From contig JAUZTB010000087.1 of NCBI GenBank assembly GCA_034780895.1, forward strand, positions 85,353,411 through 85,417,410: a stretch of 64,000 nt of DNA, in the 5' to 3' direction. A program made the position numbers and the translations under genes. This DNA comes from Rhynchobatus australiae. Lineage: Eukaryota. The notes under the pieces are model-generated. The model was not told where the DNA came from and searched no databases. It saw nothing but the letters and a program-made list of their open reading frames with translations. Below are positions 11,501-24,985 of this stretch, in pieces; position 1 is the first letter of the stretch; each line of letters begins with the position of its first letter.

Positions 11501-13559
11501 CACTCACCCAGTGCTAACTCTCATAAAAGCTTAATAGCGGGGAGCTAAAATTTGATGGGACATACAGCATGTTTTGTTTTGTAGAATGCCCTATGCTAAC
11601 AGAAAATTTCTCTGCATTTGAAATAAAAGCATGGTTGAGGTTCTGATGTAAAGACATACTATTTGAGCATTTGGTACTGACGAATACAACAATGGCATAA
11701 TTTCCAATTGTTCATCTTTAATAAAATTAACTTCCTCATTTAAGACTTGGACCACCAGCATATAGTGTTATTAATTATTAATTAACATTCTTAGCAGGAG
11801 ATACCAATTTCTTAAATGTCTTTGTAAATTTTTTTTTGTATTAATTGATTTTTATATTAAACCACAGCTCCAACCCTGAATAAACAGTTCATTTTCTACA
11901 TAGTTGTGGGTGGCCATTACGTATGTTCCTGTAATATTTCAAAGTTATTCAATGGAATAGAATTTTGCAAAGATAATTGCAGCTATTGTGGACTGTTATA
12001 TAAAAAAAAGCAGCAAGCCAGTCTGTCTTTTAAGAACAGTTGTTTTGAATAAAGCAAAATCTAAATTCAGTAAGAGCTGCTTTCAAAATAAGTGGCCATC
12101 TGAAGATCTGTGCTTCTCGTTTGTGTGCCTTTATCAGAACATGGAAACTTTCAAATACTGCTCCGTATTGTAAGTATGAGAGTGTTGAATTTATCCAAAA
12201 ATATGTGATTATTTTATATTGGGTACTTCTATTTTCCTAAACTTNNNNNNNNNNNNNNNNNNNNNNNNNNNNNNNNNNNNNNNNNNNNNNNNNNNNNNNN
12301 NNNNNNNNNNNNNNNNNNNNNNNNNNNNNNNNNNNNNNNNNNNNCTATTTTCCTAAACTTTGTGATAGGACTGAGAGTTGTTGAACAAATAGAGGACATG
12401 CATGTAACAAATTACTATATAAGTGCAAAGAGTAAATATGTTTCAATGCCTGATAACCAGCAGAAAAATTCAAATTGCTTTAAAATCCTCGCTGCAAACT
12501 ATGTTCCCTGGCAACTGATTTCCTGCCAAAGTTGAGGCTGAACCTGGCCTTTTTGTTGTATTTGCTATAGGTTAGTGCTATGTTTGACTGAGTTGACCTT
12601 CTGACAGAATAAACTCTGCATGTTACCAAGATAGACTACTTCTCATTCCTTGCCAAACTCCACCCTTGCCTTCTTCATCTATTATGAAACCTTCATCTAT
12701 ATCTCTGATTTTGATCTCCTGGTCAGCCTCTCATCTTCTACCTCTCCATAAACTTAGTTCATCCATCGATTATCTCTAATAAGGTGCAGCCAGGATTGCC
12801 ATGGGGATAAGTTATGGAGGTCATCTGTTTGATGGGTTAATGGGGGCAAACTGAGAGAAAATGAACAAAAGTTATGAGAGGAGGATAGTTAGGAGACTAG
12901 ACTACAAACAGAGGAATGTAAAAGTTGCAAAATGCAGGGCTATGGGACACACCCAGCAGGTTAGGGACTGGCTGACCTACTTGGCTTAATCTTCAGCCTG
13001 CATTTCACTACTTTTATGCTCCATTGTTTGTGTTCTCACTAACCTGATTTCATAGCTTTTGTTCATTTTCCCTCTCCTTCTCATGTATTAACCAGATGAC
13101 TCTATTTTATTTCTCTTTCCACAAATGCTGTTCTTATTTTAGATTTCCAGTATTTGCAGTTTTTTTTCTGATTTTTCAGAAAAATGAGAATGATGAGTAG
13201 TTGAGGAACAAGAGCAGGCAAAATACCTCAATATTGAAGTGGGTTCTTTTTCATCTGTGTTAATATTCATGGCTTATGACTTCATTTTGAACAGTGAATG
13301 GTTGAATTCAGACAGGGAATTAGAGTGTGGTAATATTGTGATCATATTTGCTGAGGGAGCTGTTTCCATTGTTTAAACAGTACATACAGAGAAGGGAAAA
13401 ACACGACAGCTTGTTCTGAATGAATGAGGTCGAGCTGGAAAACTGACAATATTGACCTGAACATTGTCCTTTTTTGGCCAGTATACCGTAGGTAATAGAA
13501 ATTTTATTTAATGGTTAATTGGACCAGACTTAAACACAATTAAAGGTCCTAAGTTATAA

Positions 13560-14500
13560 AGCAGTAAATAACGCTAAAAATACTCAGATACTGACTTCTA
13601 ATGAAATATCGGACAAAGATGTTTACTGTGGGTGTGGGAAATCCAGAATAAAGAAAAGGAAAATACTGGAAACTTTCCATAGACCACGCAGTATTTGTGG
13701 AGAGAAGAGGATTTAACGTTTCATATCCAGCCTTGCTTCAGAACTGGAAAATATTGGAGATTAAATAAGTTTTAGGATGTCCAGAAAGAGGTTGGAAAGG
13801 GTGGACCAAATGAGAAAGAAAGCAGTGATTAAAGAACAAAAGAGATGGTGATACAAAGTAAAGAAACAAAAGACAGGAATGAAGGAGATGTAAAAGTGAA
13901 TAACCAAATGGTTTTTGGAAGTTGTTGAAAGGAATGTTATTCCTGGTTGAATGGTCAGGTGCTGTTTTTCACACTTTCAGCTTCAGTGGAACAGTATAAG
14001 AAGCCAAAGAGACAAATGTCAGAATGGGAATGGGACAAACATCCATAGTAACAGACAAATGGAAGCTCTTGGTCAAGCCTGCAGTTTGAATGGAGATGTG
14101 CAGCAAATCATCCACTCAGTTTTTGTTTGGCTTTCCCCACTGCAGAAGAGATATAGCAAACTAAATTGAAAGAAGTACAGTATAAGTTAATTGTTATTTC
14201 ACCCTGCAGGTGTGTTTGGGGTCCAGGGCAGGAAGGAGGAAGTAAAAAGGCAGGTCTTTCCTCCTCTGTGATTGCAGTAGAAGGTGCCATGGGAAGAGGA
14301 ATAAATCAGGGAGTCTTGGAATGAAATGGCCCCTGAATGTGAAATGGGGAGAGGAGGTATATCACATGGTGGCATCTTGTTGTCATGGAATATGAAAAGG
14401 TAGCTGAAAATTGAGGCCAAGGGGTTATAGTATTGTAGTACTGAGACAAGGGAAAAGGTGAGAGCAGGTGAGGGTAGTCAAGATTGCAGTTTGAGAACTT
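13560..14500 (-). mobile_element. Decayed Penelope-like element (terminal repeat plus GIY-YIG remnant)
   Basis: Terminal-repeat motif at ~13660-13750; endonuclease-like region ~13960-14220 similar to 14988-15290. Confidence 0.5.
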
Positions 14501-14619
14501 GAACAGGGGCAGCCTATCAATCACACTATGCCATACCACCTGACTTGTCAAAAAGATTGTGCAGAGTTAATCAGGCAGAAATCTATATGGGAAAAGGAGA
14601 TTGTGCAGAGTGTCTCCAA

Positions 14620-15290
14620 ACAAAAACAGAAATGCTGAAAGAACTTGGCCAGTTAAGTGGCATCTGTGAAAAGAGAAACCAGTTAATGTTTCAGGTAGAA
14701 GACCCTTCATCTGAACTGAGAAAAAGAGAAGACAAGTTAGTCAAAGTAACAGAGAGGGTGGGGGAGGGCAGTTGATGGAACAAAAGGATTGTAATGGGAT
14801 GAAATGGTGTAGCCATGGAATGGGCAATTAAGCTCCTTTGTCTGTGTAATGTGTTGTTAATGTCACTATGGTCTGGCTGACTGGGATGTGCTGAGTAAGT
14901 CAGAAATATACAAATGAAAGAAAAAAATGGGAGAGGGGCATCAAGTACAAATGGCCAGTCCTGGATACAAACAAAAAAAAGGGCAAATTAACTGAAGTTG
15001 GATAATTCAGTATTGGGTCCTGCAAGCTGCACTGTGCTCGGATGAAAATTGAGGTGTTGTTCCTCAAGCTTATATTGGGCCTTTTTGTAACAGTACAGGC
15101 GGCCAGAGACAGGGAGGTAAGAGTGGCAGTGCAATGGTGAATTAAAATGGCAGACAACCAGAAGCTCAGGGTCATTCCTGCAGACTGAGTGCAGGTGTTC
15201 CACGAAGCGATCACCCAATCCGCTTTTGGTTTCTCTGCTGTCATGGACACCACATTGTGAACACCAAATGCAGAATTACTTTTCCTAGTG
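14620..15290 (-). mobile_element. Penelope-like retroelement 3' part: GIY-YIG C-terminus plus terminal repeat
   Basis: ORF 14988-15218 reads GDRFVEHLHSV...CHFNSPLH...KLEEQHLNF, typical of a Penelope endonuclease; terminal repeat with hammerhead-like core at 14679-14718. Confidence 0.75.
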
Positions 15291-17073
15291 TCTGTGAGAA
15301 GTTTGGTGTTGAAGCTAGATAAACCATGACATAGTTTCCAGAATGCATTAGGTAGAGTATTACAGGGAGAGTTAGATAATTATGCAGTGAAAAAAATAAT
15401 AAACTATACTCTGCACTAGTATGGCTGCATATGTATAAGAACACAGTGCATGGTCAGTCTGCAATTTCAAATAAACTACAAATTAATTATCAACTATGTT
15501 CTGAAATCATTGTCAACTTGTGTTATGAAAATAAATTGCCCATTTTCTGTAGATGTTGCCAGTCAAAATAGATATGTTAACAATCATGGAATGTTTCTGC
15601 CTGATGAATTCTGGGAACTATACTATCATTTTAGGCAATGTGTTCAGTATGACTTCAATACAAGACTTCTCAGAAACTTTAAAAGAAAATTGCTTATGGC
15701 TTTGAATAACCTAAGAAGTGCTCTTGTACAGGTACTGTTCTGAGAGGTTATGTATTTCAGGAAATTTGTTGCAGACATGAAAGCAACACAGGAATAATTA
15801 ATAGTCTGCAAAACATCCACTCAAAGCATTATCCACTGCTCTAAATCATCTTAAGAGATTAGCCCTTCCTGCACTAAATTAGGATTTCAGTACCATGTTG
15901 ACTTGGCATGGCAATGTCAATTATTAACTCCTCCCCTATATAAAACAAATGTTCCTTCCTTTCTCTGTCCCAGGTCTTTCTGAATCTTGAGTTTCCTTTC
16001 TTTTGAGGCCTTAGCTTCCCACTTGCTGCTAATAAATATGCTCAAAGTGACTCCTGCTCTATTTTTTCTTCCCATCCATGTGACAGTGCACAAAGCTTCT
16101 GCTTCACTAAGCCAGTGCACACTGTGAACTGAAACTTCCATATTAGGCATAGCAGTCTACAGTGATTACCTAAAGCTCCATAATGTGCAGTGGTTTTGAT
16201 TAACTGTAATTGTCAACATAAACTCCCAAGAATATCTGCTTAAATCTATTTTAATATTTTATTGTATTAGAATACTGAGCTTTGTAAATTGAGCTCAGTA
16301 GAATTTTTATGGCCAATTGTTCAGTTATAACCAAGACAGTGCACTGATGAAATCAGAACCAATTTGCCTTTTTTAACTGGAACAATTAAGAGCACAAGAC
16401 ATATTTATTTGACTCTGGGGATAAATTGGCTGTAATTTGAGAGGAAGTAGCAGTATCTTTAACTAACTCTACAGGTTTTCCAATTCTGAGTTTTTAATGT
16501 ACCCAAATCATTAGTAAGATTTGTTAGTGTTGTGCTGATTCTTGCGCATTCTTTGTCAAGTCATGGAACAGGTTTCTGTTTGGTGTAGATTTTTTTGGCA
16601 TTTAACAGTGTATGTTAAATTATCCAGAATCTCTTTATGGTATATTTTTAAATCCAAGGTAAAGTAGAGAAGATTGTTTGGAATTTTTTTTTAATCTATA
16701 ATATTTACAAAATAAATTGAAATAAATTTACAGACTTTGTCCTGCATGGTTTAAATTATTGTATGTACCTTTCCCTAGGTACTCAAAATGGTTAATTATT
16801 TTCTGAGGCTTTGTTTACAATTCCTTCTGCACTGAAGGAGTCCAGAATGTAGAAGCATAAAGGTTAGAATTAAAAGTGATCTGTTGGAGACAATCAAAGA
16901 GCTTTGAATGGAAAGAATGTCTGCAATGACAAATGTTGTTAAGCTCATAATGAGTAGAGTTTCTGCTTCTAGTGCAATTGCATTTCTGGCATTAAACCTT
17001 TAAAAATAGATGCAATTTTCAACCTCCCTTACCTTCATCTCATCACTACCTAATCATCCTTCCCTCTGAATTT

Positions 17074-17490
17074 CATAGAGTCATTTGGCACAGAAACAGG
17101 CCCTTCGGCCTAAATTTTCCGTGATGACCAAGTTTTTTTACTTGAGCTAGTCTAATTTCCCTGTGTTTGGCCCATATCCCTCTAAACCTTTACTCTCCAT
17201 GTACCTGTCTAAATGCCTTTTAAACATTGTAGTTGCACCTGCCTCTATAGCTTCCTCTGGCAGCACGTTCCATGTACTTGTGCATCTCACCTTCAACCAA
17301 TGCCCTCGAGATTTTGACTTTGCTGCCCTGGGATAAAGGATTGTGACCATTCACCTTATCTATGCCCCTCATGATTTTATAAACCTCCATTAGGCTACCC
17401 CTCAGTATCCTATGCTCCAAGGCAAAGAGTTCCAGCCTGTCCAGTGTCTCCTTTTAGCTCAAGCTTTCCAGTCCCAGCAACTTCCTGCTT
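17074..17490 (-). mobile_element. CR1 LINE 3' end
   Basis: ORF track shows LRGSLMEVYKIMRGIDKV and WNVLPEE...FKRHLDRYM...GYGP. Confidence 0.85.
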
Positions 17491-18781
17491 AACATTTCTG
17501 TTTAACTCTTTTGCATGTTACAAAGTGAAATTAAAATACCATGAATTAGTGAAATCTGGCAACATTTAAATAATGTTTTCAAAAATATTACTTTCTTTTT
17601 GAGCGGTATCTTGGTAAAATGTATTTAAGATATCTGAAAAGTGACATTGCACAAAGAAAAGCCTGTATTTTTCAGTGCCTTTAATACCAAGGTAGTTCAA
17701 AGTGCTTCACAGAAGTGTTACCAAACAGAATTTTATGCCAACCAGATAAGGAGATATTACAAAAAGGTTGGTCAAAGAGGCAGATTTTCAGAAACATCTC
17801 AACAGAATAAAAAGAGAGAAACACTCACTTTTATTGCATTAGAAACTGAAGGAAATCACAAATAGTAGGGCACTTAAATTGAAGAATGTTCACAGGACTA
17901 GAATTGGAGGAGCAGAAGTATATCTGTAAATTGTAGATGTAGAGGAGTTTGTGAGATTGGGTGTGAAAAAAAGATAAGGACTTCCAGTTATCTAGAGAGA
18001 TTGGAAATGCTTAGACTAGAGAAAGTTAATGAGATGCCTACGTCATTTAGAATTTATGAAAATTTTGATAAAAGAAGTAGGAAAAAAACTTCCCTCTGAT
18101 AAATTCATTGGTAACCAGAAGTCACAGGTTTAAAATAATTGGAAAAAGATGCAAAGGTAAACCAGGAGTTTTTTTTAATAGACTGTTGGGATGATCTGAA
18201 ATGGAAACAAATTCTATAGCAGGTTTCAAAGGGCAATTGGAGATGTACTTGAAAAAGTTAATCTGCAGTGTTATGGGGAAAAGTTAAACAGTTCAAAGAC
18301 CTGGTATTGGCCAATGATGTCATTAATTTGAGGAAAGAGAGGGAAATTGTGCTTTTCCTTCTTCAAATGAATTCAGTATTGTCCCAAAATGACTTTTAAA
18401 GTATCTTTAAAAAAAAGTAGCAACAGAATTTCTGATAATCTAGCAGGAACTCTGTACCTTGTATTAGTTTGAAGTAATGTAAAGTACACTATTATTCAGT
18501 AGGAAGCACTGAAGTGACAGAAGTAATTATCTCCTTAAGGAAAATCAACATCTTTACTTTCTTGGTGGGAAAATTAACCTGCCACATGTATGTAATGGAA
18601 AATCAATTTGTCTTGTGCATGATTTTATAGCTATTTAAATTGCAGTTGACTTTCAGAAGTCCATCTGGTGTGAGAGGAGTTTCCTTCTGGAAACCTTAAG
18701 ATAGAGAATGAGTGTTTAGATCTGTATGTGTATATTTATCTTTCCCTTTTATTGTGTAATTTATTTCCTGTTTATATACAG

Positions 18782-18869
18782 ACTGGTGTTCCCTGGCGTG
18801 GGTTTGTTGCATTACAGTCAACCTATATTTCAACTTGGTGAAAGAAACCAGAACAGATCATCTCGCAGT
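18782..18869 (+). CDS. Exon C of the 7TM receptor, TM3/ICL2: (D)WCSLAWVCCITVNLYFNLVKETRTDHLA(V)
   Basis: ...tttatatacag acceptor; GCAGT|gtgagt donor; 88 nt, phase 1-2; SxxW...I..NLY TM3 signature of class B/E-like receptors. Confidence 0.92.
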
Positions 18870-19004
18870 GTGAGTGTTGAACAAGCTGTTTATGTTCTCT
18901 TTGAATTTACTTTTGTAGATTAAAATAATTTGAAAAGAAAAGTATACCAAACTTTTTCTTACATTTTCTAACCTTATCACAATCTTTTCCCAAACATAAA
19001 AATC

Positions 19005-19645
19005 ACTGAAAGTAAACGTGGTTCAGCAAGCAGTTAAAAAGGCAAACGGTATGTTGGCCTTTATTGCAAGAGATTTTGAGTACAGGAACAAAGATATCTT
19101 GCTCCAGTTATACAAGGCTTTGGTGAGATTACATCTGGAGTATCATGTGCAGTTTTAATTTACCAATCTAAGAATGAATATACTTGTCAGAGAGGGAATG
19201 CAGCAAAAGTTTACTGGAATGATTCCTGTTCCTGGGATGACAGGACTGTCTTAAGAGGAGATTGAGCCAACTAGACCAATATTCATCAGAATTTAGAAGA
19301 ATGAGAAGGGATCTCATCGCAATGTGCAGAATTCTGACAGAACCAGTCATTTTGGACACAGGAAAGATGTTTTCCCCTACTGTCGGTGCCTATAAAAGGG
19401 TCACAGTCCCACGATATGTGGGGTAAGACATTTAGGACTGAGAGGAGGAGACGTGGAATTCTTTATTACAGAAGACTGTAGAGACCAAGTCATTGAATAT
19501 TTTTAAGAAGCGATAAATTTCTAGACACAAAGGCATCAAGTGGTATGGGAGAGCGGAATCATGGTATTGAGATAGAGGATCAGCCATGATCCTGTTGAAT
19601 GTCAGAGCAAGCTCAACAGGTCACCTGGGCTACTCCTGCTTCTCT
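19005..19645 (+). mobile_element. CR1 LINE 3' end
   Basis: AVKKANGMLAFIARDFEYRNKDILLQLYKALVRLHLEY from ~19030; CR1 3' UTR follows. Confidence 0.85.
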
Positions 19646-20571
19646 CTGTTACTATGGCACATTAGCATCCAGGGAACAGTGTGATGTCATGGTCACTTTC
19701 TCTGCTATAAATTTATATGATTCATTAACATAAATTACAAATGTTCTGTTCTGCTCATGGTTTGATGCAATTCACTTTACAATGTGCTCTTCCTGTTATA
19801 GAGTTTAAATAATTAAATAAGTTTAATTATTTCTAGAAGAAGGTTTTAATATAGCTATCTCAACTTGCCTCATAATAAGGGACACAATATTGCCAACTAA
19901 AACCTCTTTTACCCAATAATTTCCAGCATATACCTGTCCAAACAGTTGTACTTATTTTTGTGAGCCATATCACCAAATTATTGCATTTCTTTTCTCTTTG
20001 CCTTACTTCTCTCATCCACCTTTTAAAATGTTGGTGGTCCTCTGTGTCACCCTCTGCTGCTTTTATCCTTGAAAATCCTCTGTCCTTCTTTCCATCAGTC
20101 TTTGCCCACATTCCACATTCTAAATTTCCATTGCAGGTCCTCCAGCTGATTGTCTAAATCCAATGACCAGCTATTTATCTTGAGATCACTCCACCTATGC
20201 CCTCTCCACATTCATAGCACCTTCCTTGACCTGCTCCCATGGTCTTCATCACAATCAAAGTCATTTCTGATTGCTTATTTCATTCCCATTTCCAACTCTG
20301 TTTCTTTTTGCTTAGCTCACTGGGAAAGAAAGGCTGATGTAATAATTTACAATTTTACTTTCAAGCTTTCAGCTATCCATATTTACTTCTAATAGTATCT
20401 ACAAGGGAGCCTGTGGACTACTTTGTACCAAGACTGAAACTGGCCCTTTGACATCTCTCTTCTTCCTCTTGCCCATCAAGGCAAACTAAACCTCCTGTTC
20501 ACTTTCCATAACCCATTTTTCCATCAATTCCTGAATCTTCTCTTGGAAAGTGGTTAGTAACCTGATGATTG

Positions 20572-21110
20572 AGTCATAGAATTATACAGCACAGNNNNNN
20601 NNNNTGTCTATGCCGACCAAGTTGCCTAACTGAGCTAGTCCTACCCATCTGCCTGTCCAAATGTCTTTTAAGTGTCGTAATTGAAACTCTATCACTTCCT
20701 CTAACAGCTCATTCCATATACAGACCACCATCCACGTGGAAAAAGTTGCCCTTCAGATCCCTTTTAAATCTTTCCCCTCTCATCTTAACCTATGCCCTCT
20801 AGTTTGGAACTCCCCTACCTGGGGAAAAGATTGTGGCTGCTCATCTTATCTATGGCCCTCATGATTTTATAAATCTCTATAAGGTCACCCCTCAGCCTCC
20901 TATGCTCCAAGGAAAAAAGCCCTAGCCTATCCAGCCTCTCCTTATAACTCAAACCCTCCAGTCCCAGTAACATTCTTGTAAATCTCTCTTACACCCTCTA
21001 TAGTTTAACATCATCTTTCCTACAGCAGGGCAACCACAACTGTATGCATTACTCCAAATGTGGCCTTACCAACATCTTGTACAGCTGTAAAATGATTCCC
21101 AACTCCTGTC
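20572..21110 (-). mobile_element. CR1 LINE 3' end
   Basis: gagtcatagaattatacagcac tail; tcatgattttataaatctctataaggtcacccctcag is the reverse complement of LRGDLIEIYKIM. Confidence 0.85.
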
Positions 21111-24049
21111 TCATTGAAAATTTAAACAAAGGGGCCTTTTATCAAGCTTTAAGATCTTAACCACTACACCACTGAAAGTTGCATGATATAATTACCTATT
21201 CTAAATTAGAAATGTTGAATAGCCTATAATGTGCAATCACAAAAAAATTCATAATAACATTTCTACAACAATTTTTATTAATATAGCATCTATAACATGG
21301 TGGAAAATATCCCAGGGTATCATAGAAGTGATACCGTGCATGTAAGAAATAGAAGTAGGAGTAGGCGGTTTGACCCTTTGTGCCTGTTCTGCCATTCAGT
21401 CAGATCGTGGCTGATCTTCTGTCTCAGAACCACTTCCCTACACTAACCTCAGATCCTTTTATTCTCTTAAAATCCAAAAATATTTAATTTCTAGAGAATG
21501 CATGTCCTGGGGACACCATCCATAACTTATTATTTTCTTTATAAATTTTTATTTTATGTAAAAATATATTGTAAATTTGTCATTGCTGGATCAGTTTCCT
21601 AGAGTTCCCTATCCAATGTAGCGTGACCACATTTCTGCTATCCAGGATAGAGCCTAGATAAGACATTGTGACTCCAGATACAGAATGACTCCAAAAATGG
21701 CTTATGAAGCAAGTCTCCTGATGGTCAAGCAGATCTACTGGTGAGCAGTTGGTTTTGAAAATAGATAATGGATTGGTTGGTGCATTTGAAAAATGCTGTT
21801 TACCTTGCCACACATAAGCCTCTTGAATTCCTCTAAACTTTTTTAAAATGCTAAAATATAACAATTTGTAAATTTGGAGAATTGTGTCATAGCACAGCTG
21901 GAGAATCTCCAACTTGTGGGTATTAATAAATAAATGGATGATTTATATTTGATTAAAATTATGACTCAATTATGTCACAAAATATAAAATAGTAAAGTAA
22001 TACTATTGATATATATTTGAACTCTTATAACTATCTCATAAGAAGTCACTCAAATNNNNNNNNNNNNNNNNNNNNNNNNNNNNNNNNNNNNNNNNNNNTT
22101 CCTTGGACCCTAGTTTTTCAGCAGCTGCAGAGCATAATGCAAATCAAGTAGATTGCATATTTTTGATGCATCCTGAAGTTTACACTGAAAGACCAAGGAT
22201 GGTAACATATGTTCCTTGGTGGATCAGCTTGTATTACAACACATTTTTAGGACATCTTTTTTTATTGGCCTTTGGTAATTTTATAGCTAACTTTATGAGT
22301 GATGTATATATCATGTCTTACAGATATGATCAGAGATGCAATTCCTGCTCTTTGCTGAGTTCGCTAATTTCATCTGGGGCAACATCTGAGCACTTTAATT
22401 GGTCTTAGTGACTGTAGGCTGGTGAGAGAGATAAACGGCAGAATTTCTTCTCGTCATTATCCTTCATGGAAAATGTACAAACGAGATTCGGTGAAAACAG
22501 ACCCTTGTGTTGGTTTATTTCCTTTCCTAGAAGTCACTTTCCATGGTGAAAATGTTCAAGGCTTTTAATGGAAGATAGATAAGAAGATTTCTTGACTATT
22601 ATAGTCAATCGCTGGTGATTTAGTGCTATAGGTAGCTATATATATCGTTTGTCTTGCTTTTAATTCAGCTCAAGAAAGGAGGCCATAGGTTGAATGTTGG
22701 AGTACTTTTTAACCCTTTGAAATTTGGGTGGCATTTTTGTGTCTCATGGAGCCATTTGGCCTACTTGTGTCTCTCTCATTCCTTTGTTCTTGTGTTGTCA
22801 TGGAGTCGTAGAAAGTTTATAACACAAGAAGCCCATTCAGCTTATTGTACCTGTGCCAGTTATATATGCAAATAAAGGAACCAAAGTAAGGGTGCTGCTT
22901 GCAATAAGTCATGAAAGGCTGAATGCAGAACAATTGGCAAATAGTTATACTTCCGACTTTTTAATGGAGGGAAGCAGCTGAATGTGCTGGGCTGAAGATG
23001 CTGCCTTGCACCAGTTACTGAATATTTGGGCAAAGCTGTGTCAGGATCTGCAGTTGAATGATTGATTCTGGTGGAACTAAAAAATGCACTGATGATTGAT
23101 TGTTAATGAGTCATTGCTACTTAAATGATGTTAGTTTCAGGGCCCTCTTTTCCTCTTTCTGGGAACTGGTTTGCTTTGTTTTACAAGTATAGTCTCGATT
23201 ACAGTAGAATATAGTAATGCTGCAAATATTTTTTTCATCTTATTCCAGAATTTACTCTGGGCAATTCCACAGCAATCCAAACATTAGAATTGTAGTTTTA
23301 AATTTTAAGGACTGGTCAATTAGGTACTGTCCAGAAATTTTACATTATTGTAGAATTCTTTTTCAGGAGCAAAGGATGTTTATACAGATATTTATCACTT
23401 TTGAAATATTTAGCAGTATTATAACTGACTATATTTCAAGAAACTTTAATTAACTTTATCAACTGCTAGTTGGTCTGCCTTTTCGTTTTTTTAACCTTTC
23501 AGTGTTCTGTATGGAAAAGACACTGCCCACATGGCAAATATGCTTGTTGGTAAAACTATTTATTAGTTAGGATGCATGGTCTGTCTGCAGGGTGTAAAAG
23601 TAAACTAAGGAGATTGTTATTTGTTTCCTGAGTTAGTCTTGACAATTAATCTACATAGTGATAAAACTGTTCAAGATGTACTTGTAAAACTTGNNNNNNN
23701 NNNNNNNNNNNNNNNNNNNNNNNNNNNNNNNNNNNNNNNNNNNNNACCATTTTTCTTTGCTGATTATATTCATTACTTGGAAGTAGAAAGCTCTCTGCAT
23801 ACCAAAATAATTCCCAAAGGAATCATAACACTAGTCAGATGTGGAGCACCACTTTGAGTTTTCTGATATATACACTCATTATCCCTGTGGCATGTTTAAG
23901 TTAAGTTATAAAATTATAAGCATTTTTCTCATAAGGACCTATGTTCAACAGGAGCTGGTTTAACACTAACTACCTCACAGGTCATTTACAACCAATAAGG
24001 ATGGAAAATTACATTGCATTTTTCCTGACTGGTTTTAAAACAAGATCAT

Positions 24050-24985
24050 TGAGTCATAGAGTTATATAGCATGGAAACAGACTCTCACCGACCAAGGCGC
24101 CATCCTGAGCTAGTCCCATTTGTCTGCATTTGGCCCATATCTCTCAAAATCTTTCCTATCCGTGTACCTGTCCAAATGTGTTATAAATGTTGTAATTATA
24201 TCTGCCTCTACCACTTCCTCTGGCAGCTCATTCCATAAAGCCATCACCCTCTGTGTGGAAATACTTGCCTCTCAGGTCCCCTTTAAATCTTTCCCCTCTC
24301 ACCTTAAACCTATGCCCTCTAGTTTTAGACTCCTCTATCTGGGGAAAAGACTGTGATAATCCATCTTGTTCATGTCCCTCATGATTTTATAAACCTCCAT
24401 CAGGTTATCCCTCAGCCTCCTTCACTCCAGGGAAAAGAGTCCCAGCCTATCTAGTCTCTCCCTATAACTCAAGTCCTCCACTCCCAGTAACATCCTTGTG
24501 AAGCTTTTCTGCACCCTCTTTAGTTTACTCACATCCTTACTATAGAATGGCAATCAGAACTGCACACAGTGTTCCAGGCCTCACTAACATCTTGTCCAGC
24601 AGTAACATGACATTGCAACTCTTCAACTCAGTGCATCATCCAATGAAGGCAAGCATGCCTATGCCTTCTTCAGCACCTTATCTACCTGTATCATCACTTT
24701 CAGAGAACTATGTATTTGTACCCCTTGGTCTCTCTGTTCTATAACACTGCCCAGGGCCCTGTCATTCACCGTGTATGTCCTGCGCTGGTTTAACTTCCCA
24801 AAGTGCATCACTTTGTATTTGTCCAAGTAAAATTCCAACTGGCATTTCTTGGCCCACTTTCCCCATTGATTTCGATCCTGTTGTAGCCTTAGACAATCTT
24901 CTTCACTGTCTACCATGCCATCAACTTTGGTGTCATCCACAAACATACTAATTATGCCACCTACATTCTCATCCAAATCGTTAGT
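24050..24985 (-). mobile_element. CR1 LINE, 5'-truncated, RT C-terminus and 3' end
   Basis: ORF 24659-24976: ISMFVDDTKV...LQQD...KVMHFG; tail gagtcatagagttatat. Confidence 0.9.

Noticed and set aside
16273-16300. 9-bp perfect inverted repeat TACTGAGCT...AGCTCAGTA
   Set aside because: Isolated and short; plausible by chance in 64 kb.
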